The notes below the pieces were generated by a model. It saw only the letters and a list, made by a program, of their open reading frames with translations. It searched no databases and was not told where the DNA came from. A stretch of DNA of 64,000 bases from Geosiphon pyriformis uo1 (Eukaryota; Fungi; Glomeromycota): contig JAAOMT010000507.1 in NCBI GenBank assembly GCA_016748015.1, positions 42,178 to 106,177 on the forward strand. Reading direction: 5' to 3'. The position numbers and the translations under genes are program-made. Positions 11,900 through 24,992 of the stretch are shown here, one piece after another (the stretch's first letter is position 1; every line of letters starts with the position of its first letter).

Positions 11900-14010
11900 T
11901 AAAGATAAAGATTTATTTGGCTCAATAAATTTTATTTAATATGTAATTAAAACCAAAAATATTTATTAAAAATTTTATTAATTAAATTCCTAAAATAATA
12001 AAAAAAATAAATTAAATAGAAAAACTGGAATTTATACAAAAAAACCAAATATTTTCAATTATAGTAATATCTAAGAAAAGAAAAATTTTTTATTTTATGT
12101 TAACTATAATCAATTAAATATAATTATCAATTAAAATATTTATTTATTTTTAAAAATTACTAATATTTTAAATCAATTTAAAAACTTAGCTTATTTATAA
12201 TAATTAATTTAATTGTTAAATTTTAGCAAGTAAAAATAAATTTTATTAGCAAAAAAAAACTGTTTTATTAAAAAATATGAAACTTATAAATTATAATAAT
12301 ATTTTTAAATTAATAAATATTTTATTAAATTTTCAAAGATTAATAAATAAAGTATTTAAGCCAGTATATCAAATATTTGTTTTAATGTATGTAAATAATA
12401 TTATTGTGTATTCAAAAATATATAATAAATATTTAAATCACTTATAACAAGTTTTTAACTTTTTTAAAAATACTAAACTTAAAATTAATTCAATTAAATC
12501 ATTTTTTAAAGATATTTTATTACAAAAAATAAAATTTTTCTAAATTTAGCCAAATTAAAAAATATATAGAAGTTTAGACAATTAATAAATATAATTGTAT
12601 TTTAATTTTTTTGAATTGGTTTTATATTATTGAAAATTTATAAAGAATTTTAATCAGCTTTATAGAAAAAAATTTAACAAATTAAAAAAATTACACAATT
12701 ACTATAATTTAATGCTTATTGACACAAATATCTTCTTGAAAAACAATTTACAGTATATACTAAATATCAAGTTTTGGTTTAGTTAAAAAACAAAAGAAAA
12801 TTAGATCATAAAAAATATTTTGCTAAATTATATACTTAAATAAATATTATTATAAAATTAAAAATTGCAAAAAAACAAATAATTAAAATACAAATATTTT
12901 ATTTTAAATAGTCATTTAGTAAAAAAATTAGTACAAACTAATAAAAACTAATTCTTAGTAAAATATTTTAAATTAATAATAACAATAAACTTAAAAAACT
13001 ACTTAAATATTTGTCAAATTTTTAAGTAAAAAACAATATTTACTAAAATATAATTAATATCAAAAAATATTTGTAAAAAACAATTAAAATTTTATTTGAT
13101 TTATTAAATCAATTGTATTAAAAAAACTGATTAATTTTATATATATAAAAATTATATGTAAATATAAATACTTAAAGAATTATTATTAAATAAAAAAAGT
13201 TTTTTTTAGCTTATTAATAAAAAAACTTTATAAGAAACTTAAAATATATTACAAACTCTTTTTTTATTATTATTTTTAAATTAACAAATTAGTAATAAAA
13301 AGATTTATAAAACAAAGTTTTATTTTTAGTACTTTTTGTTTATTTAATAGTTAATCATATTATTATTGATTATATATTCTTTTATTTTTTTATAAACAAA
13401 TAGCAATATTACTTATTAAAACAGAAATTGAGACAATATTTTTTAAAAACAACAAAAAACAAGTACAAAAACATTTTGCAATGAAAATTTGAAATAATTT
13501 TTATTTTTTAATAGAAATACAAATTAAAAAATATTATAAAAAATTTAATTAGTTATTAGTTGTTATAATATTTTTTAAACATTTTTTGAATATTAAACAA
13601 AAAATTATTTAGATGTTTTGTTTAATATTAAAAAATAAATAATAATAAAAAATAAAATTAAAGTATATTTTATTATTAATTTACAAAAAATTATTACAAA
13701 AAATCAAAAAATTGGCAACAAATTAAAAAAATATATGTTTAAATACATAATAGCCAAAAAATATTTTTTTAATATACTTAAAAAAAAAAATAAAAAGGTT
13801 TTGCTTATAAATAAAAGCAATTTATATGGAAAACAACTTAAAATATATAGAAAACTTGGTAAAATTATTGAAAATATAAAATTTATAAGAAAAACAACTT
13901 TAAAAATTCAAATAAAAATCTTAAATATTATATATTTAAAAGTTTTAAAAGTTTTTAAAAGTCTTAAAACTGTTAATTTTAACTTAAAAACAAATAAAAT
14001 AAGATAAAAA
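11900..14010 (+). mobile_element. Hypermutated Ty3/Gypsy LTR-retrotransposon pol relic (RT, probable integrase C-terminus)
   Basis: Manual translation: FYVNYNQLN (=FCVDYxxLN, ~12093), YFIIINL..KF*QV (=YFTTIDL..GFWQV), LLNFQRLINKVF (=APxxFQRLMDxVF), YVNNIIVYSK..HL*QVF (=YVDDIIVYSK..HLxxVF, 12388 on); YKQIAILLIKTEI (~13390) resembles the integrase YGRxAxLPIE segment. Confidence 0.8.
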
Positions 14011-14299
14011 AATCAAGTTTAATATAAACTAAATTGTTTTAATTATGAATAATATTATAATAATAATAATAATTAATACATGTAATTAAAATATGATTCA
14101 TATTAAATTTTAAAATAATAATATTATTAAATATTAAAAAATATAATTTAATTATAATTTATATATTAAAAATTATAGAAAATAAGTACAACTTATATGT
14201 TTTTTATGTATAATAAATTATTTAAATTAATATTAAAGTTATATTATATTAAATATTACAAAAAAATTTAGCTTCTATTTTATTAATAATAAAGTTTAA

Positions 14300-16450
14300 A
14301 TTTATGTTATTTTTAATAAACTTATTAATTAAACTTTAGTTTTTTATTATATTATATATTTTGAATCTAAATTTTTTACAAAAACTACAAATAAATCAAT
14401 AAATTATTTAATTTATTCATAAAATTATCAAGATTTTAACCAAATTCTTGATTTAAATACTTACAAAGAATCAATTTTGCTTTATTATAAATTAAGTTAA
14501 TTTTAATAATTTAAAATTTTAAGTATTTAATTCAAACTTAAGATTAATATTAATTGCATACAATACAAAAAAAATAACAGTTTTAACATAAGATTTTATA
14601 TTAAATAATTAATTTATAGAAATATTAAAAGACACAAAATTTTTTAATATAACAAAAGCTTAGCAATTTAGAAATTTTTTATCAAAATAACATTTTTACA
14701 GAATATAAATTTTAATAATAGCAATATTAAGAGCTTTCTTAAACTTAAAAATAATAGTAACAAATTTTAAAATTAAGTAATCAAATAATAAAACCAACTT
14801 GGTTTTAAAAAAGTTATAAAAAACTAAAGCTGATTGTGAATTCATATTAATTTGACAAATATATTGTTGTTATTATTATTAAATACAAAAAAAAACTGCT
14901 TTTTACAGTCAAAATAGAAACAAACACTATAATTGATACATAAATAACAGAATTTGTAAAATAATTTTTAGTTTAAGTTTTTTTAAACAACAAATTAAAA
15001 TCAATTTTAATATTTTTATTATTATTATAAAAAATCTTAAGATTTTTAATAATACGTTTTTTTTAATTAAATACAGATTAACAATTAGTTATATAATTTT
15101 AATATTATTATTTGATTTGAAAAATTAATTGAAAATATAAAAACCAAAGCAGTTTCTTTAAAATATTATTGATTTTTGGTAATATTTATTAAATTTTTTT
15201 TGGGTAAATAGTTTTTATTTAATATTTAGCATAAAATTGGTCATTAAAACCAATAATAAAATTAACTAAATTTTATTTTAATTTTTTTTTAAAATTGCGA
15301 AATCTGTTATAGCTTTCAGTTCTATTTCTGTTTTTGTTGTTATATTTCAAAACTACTATTAAAATATTTAATAAAGTTGTTAATATTAAGCTAAAATATA
15401 ATAATATTATTTTTAAGTTTTAGAAAACTCTTAATATTACTATCAAAACTAAAATTTTAAAAAATAGCTGTGTTTAATAATAAATTTTTGAATATTGATA
15501 TTATTACAAATATTAAAAGTTTGAATTATCTGGTTTTAATTTGTAAAATCACTTTTTTTGGTTTAAGTAAAAATATTATTAAACAGTTTCCAATAAAAAA
15601 AAATTATTACAACTTATTTTGTTGGTTCTATTTTTTATGTTTAGACAATTTTTTAGTCCACTGTGTCTTATTTTGTTACAACTAAATTTAATATAAAAAC
15701 CAAAAAAAATTTATTTGAATTATTTGTGTTTTCTAATAAGTTTGTTCCAAAACAAAGAATCAAATTTCAGAGTTTAAAAGCCAAAATCCCAGATTTAGAA
15801 AAAAGTATGACTTGTTTAAATAATAAATAATAAGATGTTATGTTTTATTAAAATAATAGTGAAATTCTAATAGAAACATATAAATTATTTGTTATTAGAT
15901 AACAAATTTAAAAGTAAAATATCTAATAATGTTTTTAATTAAATATTAACATTATGAAAATTCTAAAGTAAATCTGTTAAGAATAATAAATGTGTTAATA
16001 AAACTTAGATAAAAAAAATATTTGTAATAAAAAATATATAAATAAATACATTAAAAAAATAAAGCAGATAATTTGTTTGAAATACATGACGTAACATAAG
16101 TTTAAATAACTAGTTGTATATAAAAAGCATATAAGCCACATTTACACTTTTATAAACAATTTAAAACGATAAATGTATATTTAAAATATTTTAAATGACT
16201 TTATTGTAATGTTATCAAAATTTCTTTATTAAAATTTAAATTTTTGACTTATATAATTAATGTATTCAATAACGTGACAAATTTGTTTTGAATTACAAAA
16301 TTTTTTTTTACATTATAATTTCAATCATAATTATTATTTAAAAATAACAAGTTGAAATTAAAATTCCAACATTACTTTTTTTCTTAAAAGTGTTGTCAAA
16401 AAATATTTTCAAAGTTTTTTATCTTCAAAAATTTTACTTGAATTTTATTA
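14300..16450. repeat. Further decayed AT-rich retroelement fragments in both orientations
   Basis: Ultra-AT composition; a 39-bp segment at 14718-14756 recurs inverted at 15405-15443 (36/39 identical by eye). Confidence 0.5.
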
Positions 16451-18329
16451 AAGCTTAATTATCCTAGAAAAAAAATTAAACTTGTGAATAAAAATCACGT
16501 TTTTTTTATTTAATAATATTAAATCTTGATTTGGCAAATCTATATGGAGAAAATAAAGGTCATTTTATTATTACTTGTTAATATATGGTAAAAATTTTAT
16601 TATTATCAACGAAATTATTATTTTAATTCGAAAATATGAGATGTTCCCTTTTTTTGGATATTTAGAATGCTATTATTAAAATTTTAACCATGCCAAAGGA
16701 AAAATAATCTATAAATGGCAGATGAAATCACAATTGAACTTATTATGTGATTCGTTCCTAACACTCTTATAAAGTGTCTCACGACTTTTGAAGAGCAACA
16801 TTGGAAGCAATGAGTCATTGGCTAAAAAAGCAATGATCTTCCTGCATGATTTTATTAGATCTCACGTGAACTTCCCGATCATTATTGCCATCTGAGATAA
16901 TCATGATCTGTGATTCACAGATAATTTCTGGCTGACGTTAAGGGTGATAAACAATATTTTTTACGGTTGGTGTACAATTGAAAATTTACTTGTTATACTT
17001 TAATAAATATATCAAAGTCATTTTAAAATATATTTTAAGTCACTTTAAAAAAATATTCTAACAAAAACTCCGAGTATTCTTAAATAAAAGGCTTTATATT
17101 AGAACCAAGTGATACATGTATATAGTATTTAAAATTGGTTTTGGGTTTTAGATATTAAGGTAAAAACCAGTTTTAGTATTAAGGGATAGAAAACACTCTT
17201 ATATTATGAATGACAAAATCGAATGATCTTTTCCTTCACTATCTTTGTTTTTGATGTGCATACAATTGAGTTGTGGACTTCTCTTTAGAAATATAGGTTT
17301 CCTAACTGCCTATAAAGTTAATCAGGCTTATTAACGTTTAATTTTAATTAAATGTTTCAAATAATGGCTTCACAAAGCATTGTGAGATGATTTGGAACTC
17401 GAGGATTCAGAAAAAAGAAACTTCAATTGTTCATAGAAATTAATAAAGCCCAATTAAGTTTATCTTTTGTTTCGGAGGGTTTTGAAATTTCGGAGAGACC
17501 AAAAGACGTTTTTGTAAATAACTTTTTTGTAATTGGTTCTTGTCTGCATTGGGACGCAAAAATTTGAGATCAGACATTAGGCTCAGTATAGAAATATTCA
17601 ATGCATGGTACTCTTGGTTTTCAAGACAATAAATGAAGATTGTTCTTTGAGATTGTTTGAGAATGTTCTGAATTTTTTGATAAAGAGCCAAAGCTATCAC
17701 CTCATTGAAAAGAAGGAAACCAATCAGGGGTCTTTCATGTTTTTCCCAAAATAAGGTTTATTTTATTTTATGTTTATTATTTTATGACCCGCCCAATCCT
17801 TTTGGGTTTGACTGATAACTATAAAAAAAAATTTATTTGTATCATACTAATAATTATACACGCGTTTAAAGCAGCAGATCTGTGCAAAATAACAAGATTC
17901 AACAAGAAAAGACGCGTCCATTAAACCAAATCAAGTGTTTGTGAAAAAAATGAAAGATATCTTTATGTAATAATATTTATTATGCACTTTCTCCTTTATT
18001 CAAAGCCCAATCAAGTTTGAGATGAAAAATAGGTATTAAAATAATTGGCTCTAATAGAATTTTGAGAGTTACAGAATGGAGAATAGCGAGAAGGTGTGAT
18101 AAGGTTGACAAAGTAAAGAATCTGTTTGATTGAAGGAATAATTGGGAAAAATTTGTCATCATGAATTCATACATTATGCAAATTTCTACCACTCCGGGAA
18201 TCAAACAGGTTAATTATGACACAGGTTTGGACAGTAATTTACTGGTTTCAATACCCTGGTTTTGGGGCTTAATTTATATTATTTCATGTGAACAGAAAAA
18301 AATTTATAAGGTTCAGCACCGAGTATGTC

Positions 18330-18330
<1 letters not shown>

Positions 18331-18386
<56 letters not shown>

Positions 18387-18390
18387 GTAC

Positions 18391-18481
<91 letters not shown>

Positions 18482-18520
18482 TACTAATAATAATAATAAT
18501 AATAATAATAATAGTACTAA
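18331..18520. repeat. (AAT)n microsatellite with AGTACT/TACT interruptions
   Basis: Directly visible; explains the poly-N and poly-I ORFs in the track. Confidence 0.97.
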
Positions 18521-18694
18521 TAGATCTTGCGCAAAGTGTATTCAATAATCACACCTCTTTGTTTCTAATAACATATAGTCAAGATAGATCGCTTGAAAGA
18601 GCTTGGTTCTTTTTCAGTTAGCAAAAAAATTTGTGCAATAATTTATTCTCAAAGTTTTAATCAAGTACAAAATATATTCTTAAATTTATATTGT

Positions 18695-19020
18695 AATTTT
18701 ACACAAAATCTTTTCTTATATATACCATCATTTAGATGATTGGTTCAATACAATTCGCTAACTTTAAAAGTGCGAAACCTGCTTTGACTCAACGTTAAAT
18801 ATCTAAAGAAAATTTATTAGTTTTTAAAAGATTGCAGTTTAAAATTAAATTCTTTTCAGCGAGAAAGTTTATATTACGATGATATTATTAGAAATTTATT
18901 AAAGAAATCAGGAGAAGTGAAATTGAATGAACACAAAATGTGTAAAATTAAGATAACAAAGAAACTCTTTCCACTTGGGATTCAAAGAATTCAAATTCTA
19001 AATACCAGCCCAAATGTCGA
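18695..19020 (+). pseudogene. Possible degenerate HMG-box remnant
   Basis: Fragments TQN(x)FLIY (~18701), KPALTQR*ISK (~18775-18806) and NSKYQPK (~18995-19015) occur in HMG order, with stops and frameshifts; weak. Confidence 0.25.
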
Positions 19021-19562
19021 AATTCATCCCTTCCTCTCGATACAAATATAGCAATTTTATCGGCTTTCCTCGCAAGTGGTCAAGCTCTGGGAGGGAAGGA
19101 TTTTTAATTTAAAATACTTCAAAATTTTGACCTATCAATTATTATAGAATTATTGAGTAACGATATTGCTGATAAACCAAAACTTCTTGTCCATATTTAT
19201 AGTTTAATCATATAATATATCTTTTAAAGATAATTTTTTTCATATTAATGAACCCTCAGTGAAACAACTTCGAATGTTAATTTCCTAGCCTAATAGCAAG
19301 AACAAGGGAAAATTTTTCAATAGAGGAACGATGTGACAAGGAAGAGTCAAGTCACATTTGTTCACCCTCAATTTCGTCATCCCAACCAGAAATTTTTGGT
19401 TCAGAGATGAAAGTTTCCAAACAGTGCTGAATATGACCATTCTAGGATGACAATGATATTTGACAATGCACAATGTAAATAATATTGAGTTTGATCGATT
19501 CCCATAGCCAAAACCCTTAGACTTAATATTGATCACATCTTTTGAGAGTAAACAAACCTTAT

Positions 19563-19586
19563 CTCTCTCTCTCTCTCTCTCTCTCT
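19563..19586. repeat. (CT)n microsatellite
   Basis: Directly visible CT run. Confidence 0.9.
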
Positions 19587-20409
19587 TTTTGTGTTATTTC
19601 TGGTATTAGCAATAAAAAAATCGTTTCAAATCTCGACATGAATCTTTGTTGTTGTTATCGTTAAGTTCCAGAAATTGCATTGGGACCATTAATATAAATC
19701 GTATTTGTATAAGCTCCATATTTCAAAATTTCAAATTGACAAAAACGACAAGTTTTTATAATGAAAAGCATAAATATTATTTGGAATAAAGTTTACTTTG
19801 CTCAAAGTTTTCACTTCTACAAATTGTCATTTTATCCTTGTTCATATCTGATATGATCACAAGTGGTTTTCGGCGCCGTGTTCGCGACGAAAAGGGAAAA
19901 CTGATTCACTGTTTAAAAGAAAAATGTAGATCATAAAAATTTTTAGTAATTGGATCATCATGCGAATTCAAGATAATTAGTGTCGTGCAAGCATCATAAA
20001 CCTCGTACACGTGCTCAACAATGCGTAATTCCCAAATAAGTAAGTCAAACATCAAAAAGTTGTGTAAATTTTATTATGGATTCTGCTAGTTCCACGGAAT
20101 TCCGCGGGAAAACATAATTTTAATAATATCATACCAAGAAATTTTGAATGAAAAATCCCGGTTAGTTGCAAACATTCTTTAAATTTCCCATGGGAATATC
20201 CGAGGATTTTATTGTTAATTTCTATTTTATTAATCCTGTTCATATCTAATTGATTAATAGATATCACATGCTCCATCATTTGATTACAAAAAACTAACCC
20301 CATTTGGTGTTCCAATTAAATCAAAAGGTAAATTGGAGCAAAATGTTTTTCGAATTATGATTTTCAATCCAACTTGAAAGTTATTGTCACTTTTCAAGTT
20401 TCTGATTGA

Positions 20410-21647
20410 TCAATAATATTCCCCTCCTCTTCGGTCAACCATATCCCAGTCAACGCATTTCCAAAAGTTATCAATATATTTTTCTTTGCCATTCACCCCA
20501 TAATCAGTAAGGTAAGCATGTTCCCAAACATTCAAGACTAGAAGTGGTGTAAAATGACCAAGATTTGGAGGTGGGGCCGATGGTATCGCGGATGGAGCTA
20601 AAATTCTTTTTTTTTGAGTCGAATGTGAATCTGATATTTCTCTTTTAAAATTCTGAGTCCGGGATGTAAAAAAAGATGAGGTTTCATAATTTGGTTCATA
20701 CTCCTGAGTTCGGGTTGTGTCCAATGCTGTACCTTTAAAACAGACATCAAAGAATTTTGAATTATATCTTGAGGAGAAATCAAAACCAAGTTTTAGGGCC
20801 ATACCTGCATTGTATGAATTTATGATATGAAGCCTGGTGTACTCTGATTGAACAAGCCTGTGAGAATGAAAATTTAGATTAATATTTTTCAATAATAACA
20901 CCTCACGGTTTTTCAAAGGAGTTGTTTAATCCTCACCACGTCCAACCGGAACCAAATATTCCCATCGCATGATCCTTGAACTGTAAGATTTGGAAGAGAT
21001 TAATTATTGATCTAATGAGAAATATTTATATATTCATAAAGAGTCTTATTATTTATTTATTTATACCAAATCTTGAAATTGCTTCATGCTCCCAAATGTT
21101 TTCTCTATTCGCTGCAAGCTTCTATAATTGGTATCCTTTGGATCTTCTAACTATAAAAAGATCAAGATTAAAGAAAATGTTGAAATGATATTTATATCAT
21201 GAATCAATTTTTGATTACCAATGCTTGCAAAAAGAAATCGTTATTGAAAGCCTGCGAAGCATAATTAAATACAACGGATTGTGATGGCTCCTTAGAAGTT
21301 CTTTCAATGATATCAATTATCGATGCTTCTTCAAAGATTGTCGCTTTTAAACAATTATTTATTAATAGGATGTATGTCTAGAAAATTCAAGAATTTTTAC
21401 CAAAAGTATTCTTACCTGTGGTAAGGCTATTCAACCGTATAATTAATCTGGCCTGATATTCTTCATATAAAATCTTGAGAGCTGTTGGGGAAAAAAGTGG
21501 TGCTAATCCTTTTTCGGGATTATAAGGTAGTTCACGCAGATAATGTATGTTGGCTCTTTGTGTCACATTTATTCGATATTGCAATATTGACGCTTTGTAG
21601 ACAAGGTGTTTTAGGAAGGAAGAATGTGTGGAGAATTTGGGAAACAT
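20410..21647 (-). CDS. RSM26: Fe/Mn-SOD-fold mitochondrial small-subunit ribosomal protein (mS42/Rsm26-like, or mS43/Mrp1-like), ~286 aa, 6 exons
   Basis: Exons 21647-21416, 21343-21219, 21150-21067, 20980-20937, 20857-20805, 20732-20410 (all GT-AG; the last intron is in-frame and optional). Spliced motifs: LPY..EKGLAPLFS, FNYASQAFNNDFF, FGSGWTWLV, PLLVLNVWEHAYLTDYG. SOD metal ligands are replaced (no HH, NN-D for N-H, N for D in DxWEHAY). Presequence-like N-terminus. Confidence 0.8.
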
Positions 21648-23188
21648 TTTTCTGGTAGATCTTTGATGGATTTTTTTCGAATCATGATAATGAGTGATTT
21701 CTGATTGGTTTGGTGATCATTTTAAATGATCATCCAAGCTTCCAACCATTCTCAGTTGGAAGGAAAAATAATCTTGAAATTCATTCAAATGAAAGCTAAA
21801 ATTGAACCTGTATTAAACATGCATTTTAAATTTCTATTATAAGGTTAACATTGATTGATTGATTTAATTAATTAATTAATTAATTAATTTGAGAATCTTG
21901 AAAATATATTAAATAGGTTAGTCTAGTTTTCTAGTTTCTTTCTTGATAGTTGTTCGCCAAAAATAGGCTCATTTTCTTGTGTTGAAACAGAGTATAACAA
22001 TATTCATCATAATTATTGCATTAGAATTTGAGAAGGTGGCCGATAAAATTAGACTTATAATCAATTTGTGAAGGATAGTTCAAGCCTTCAGACTTTATAA
22101 ATAAGTTTTTCATTCAGTGATCAGATATTGTAAGGAATGATCATGAAAATAAAAATTTTAAATAAATGATTTTGAGAGCACATATAATTAAGTTTCCAGC
22201 GCATTATTATTTGAAATATTTTATTAATTCATCTCGGCCGGTCTTTGAGTTTCTTTCTAAAAATTGGCTGAGCTATCATTAATGATTCAATTAGGATATT
22301 CCCTATAAAGCAAATAAATGAAAGCAATTAAAATTAATGTTTCTAAAAAAGGGTTCATGATAATGCAATTTTGCGCATCAATTTTGAATTAGATTCAATT
22401 GGATGTAACTTATGCATTATAAACAGTGGCAATTTCTAAATTCCTCTTCTGCCAATAAATAAACTGGAGATTTCCACTATGTAATATTTTTAATTGGAAA
22501 AAATTTCGTCAAATATTAAAGTCCTTAGCTCTAGTGGAGTTTGGGTTTTTCCACGGGAGAATAATTTAGTGGACACTGGTAACTTTGTATAGGATGGTTT
22601 TGTTTGTCGAATTTGCGGATAAGTGAACAGTGCAAAAATGCACAAAATTTAAGTTGTCGGGTAACATAATCAACTAGTACAAAGTTAAATCAAGGTTTAC
22701 TGTGATCCGAATATTGGGACACGAGGGTTAGGTAAACTCTTGATTCATCTGTACTTTCGTTTTATTTCGATAATAAGATTATAAATTGCGTCACTTGATG
22801 AAGCAGGGTGATATTCATTAGGTTATTTTTTTCATTGGGTGAAATTTATGATTTTTTTTTATTGTATCTTAATTTAGGCAAAAAATTCTTTACCGCCAAA
22901 TTTTAACTTGACTTTCTAGGTAGGACATGAGAAAAATTCCTATTATCATTTTTCTAATACCAGAGATTCTTGTGACTCTTATAAAATGTATATTCTAAAC
23001 GAGTTTGATTATGTACTTTTTATGAATATTCGGAAAAAGTTTCCTAGTAAATGATTACATGTGAGGAAGAAAATACATAAAAAGAGAGACCTTCATAAGG
23101 AACACGTTCAATTTTAACCAAAAGCCTAAAAGAAAATTTTTTTTAAGTTTGAAAAATCAAAAATATTTTTTTATTGGAGTTTATCAAT

Positions 23189-23206
23189 ATAATAATAATC
23201 ATAATC

Positions 23207-23262
<56 letters not shown>

Positions 23263-23362
23263 TAATAAGAAGAAGAAGAAGAAGAAGAAGAAGAATAATA
23301 ATAATAATAATAAGAAAAGAATAACAATAATAATAAGAAGAATAATAATAATAATAATAATA
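23189..23362. repeat. Compound (AAT)n/(AAG)n microsatellite
   Basis: Directly visible; ends about 7 nt before the ATG at 23370. Confidence 0.95.
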
Positions 23363-23369
23363 AATTATA

Positions 23370-24992
23370 ATGGCAGTAGCAAACAAGATTTTTACAGAAG
23401 ACGAACTTTTAAAAACAAATCTACCTACAATAACCTATACTCATAACAGCAAATATGATTCCTTTTCTCATGGCAAACATTATCACCCCGAATCTATTCA
23501 AAATTGGCCAAATTTTTTCGAAGAAGTGAAGCAATATCAACTTGATAATACAAATTATCTTTACTCTCTTCCAATCCCTGAAACACAACCCATTGACGAA
23601 AAAGATGATCTCCGGATAGCCATAGAAACTCAGATTTTCAATGTCGTTTTATCTATCAAACGATGGCATCCGTTTGAATTGAGGCCTTTGGTTGATACTT
23701 CCAATATGTATATTCCATCTCCAACTATCAGCTCTTCTGTTAATAATGTTCGTAGCCCCGTTCTAGCCGCCTCTGATACGTCCGCACTTACACCCTTATC
23801 TAATCCTCCAACAACAACTCCTCCACCAAATCCTATAATGCCACCTATAACCTCTTCCAGTACAAGTCCAATCGATTGGAATTTTTGTAATAAAGATGGA
23901 AAATTATTACTTCCTATTGCTCTGAGATCAAAGTGGACTTTACCTTGCGATTCACATCAAAGAAAAATTTATTACTTCAAATCAAAATTAGACGATTTTG
24001 GATGTCATTCAATTCAAGTTTATGATTATATGCTTCAGCACGGTTATCAATATGGCATACTCTCTACTTATGAGTGTACCTGGTTTTTCAAAAGACCCAA
24101 AGAAAACCCTCGTACATTTCTAGCCTCTTATTGTATAAAGTATACCGATAAAGAGCCGACTGTCCTACAAGCTGTGAATTACATTTATCATTTAGCAGAA
24201 AATGATCCATATGCTCCAAATTGGTCTCAATCGAAGTAAACAATTCAAATAATATCAATTTTATTTACACTCCTCTTTTGAAATTGCTTTTAAATTTTAT
24301 CAAAAATACTTTTAAAACTTTTTTCTAGTATTACTTCATCCACTCAATCGATAAACCCATCATTGACCAAACTCGGAACTCCTCTTGCCACTACAAACAG
24401 AATTAAAGATCAAACGTCTGGGGATTCTATTGTTTCAACAACCAAGAAGATCAATCCAGAGATAACCTTGGTCTGGGATCAGATTGAATGGACTCAAGAT
24501 GCTGGAGTCGGAAGAAATGGGCGAGTATATCATATATATTATTGTAAAAAACATCTAGCTCTGAAATATCGTCAACAAAATTATGATCCAACCGTGATTA
24601 ATCTTCGACATGAAGTTCGAGTCTACAAACAATTACAACCTCTTCAAGGCTGTTTTATTCCACCATTGGTATTGTATGGTCCTTGTTCAAATGATATAAT
24701 GTTTTGTATTTGCACAAGTTACATTCATCCCTTAGAAAATGTCAAGCTTTCTCGACGTCATAAAGAAGTTGCAATGAACGCGATTAGGGCAATTCATAAT
24801 CTGAGAGTTTTGCACAATGATATTCGAATTGAAAATTTCATCCTGGGAAATGATCCTTACAATAGTGAACGTCTTTATATTATTAACTTTAACTCTGCTA
24901 AGATAGAGAGTCGGGACTATGAAATTACTGATGAAATGCGCGAACGAGAGCTTGATCAAGTCAAAGTCTTGTTTGATTCGTTGGAAGATTAG
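23370..24992 (+). CDS. Degenerate PD-(D/E)xK-like domain + protein-kinase-like domain (~509 aa, 2 exons); probable pseudokinase
   Basis: GT-AG intron 24236-24328 joins the two track ORFs in frame. N-terminal half has QVYDYM..GYQYGILSTYECTWFFKR, typical of fungal REase-kinase/CRN-like proteins. C-terminal half has GVGRNG, LALK, HEVRVY, LHNDIRIENF, and IINFN in place of the DFG motif. Confidence 0.75.

Noticed and set aside
8392-15685. K/I/N/F/Y-rich ORFs in the AT blocks (8392, 13735, 15470), or an organellar or endosymbiont insertion
   Set aside because: Composition artefacts; the underlying motifs are decayed retroelement genes, not mitochondrial or Mollicutes genes.
18161-18548. Poly-Asn, poly-Ile and poly-Tyr ORFs (also 23171-23446 and 48614-48823)
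   Set aside because: Translations of (AAT)n microsatellites.
20410-21647. Active Mn/Fe superoxide dismutase
   Set aside because: Three of the four canonical metal ligands are substituted; the pattern fits SOD-fold mitoribosomal proteins.
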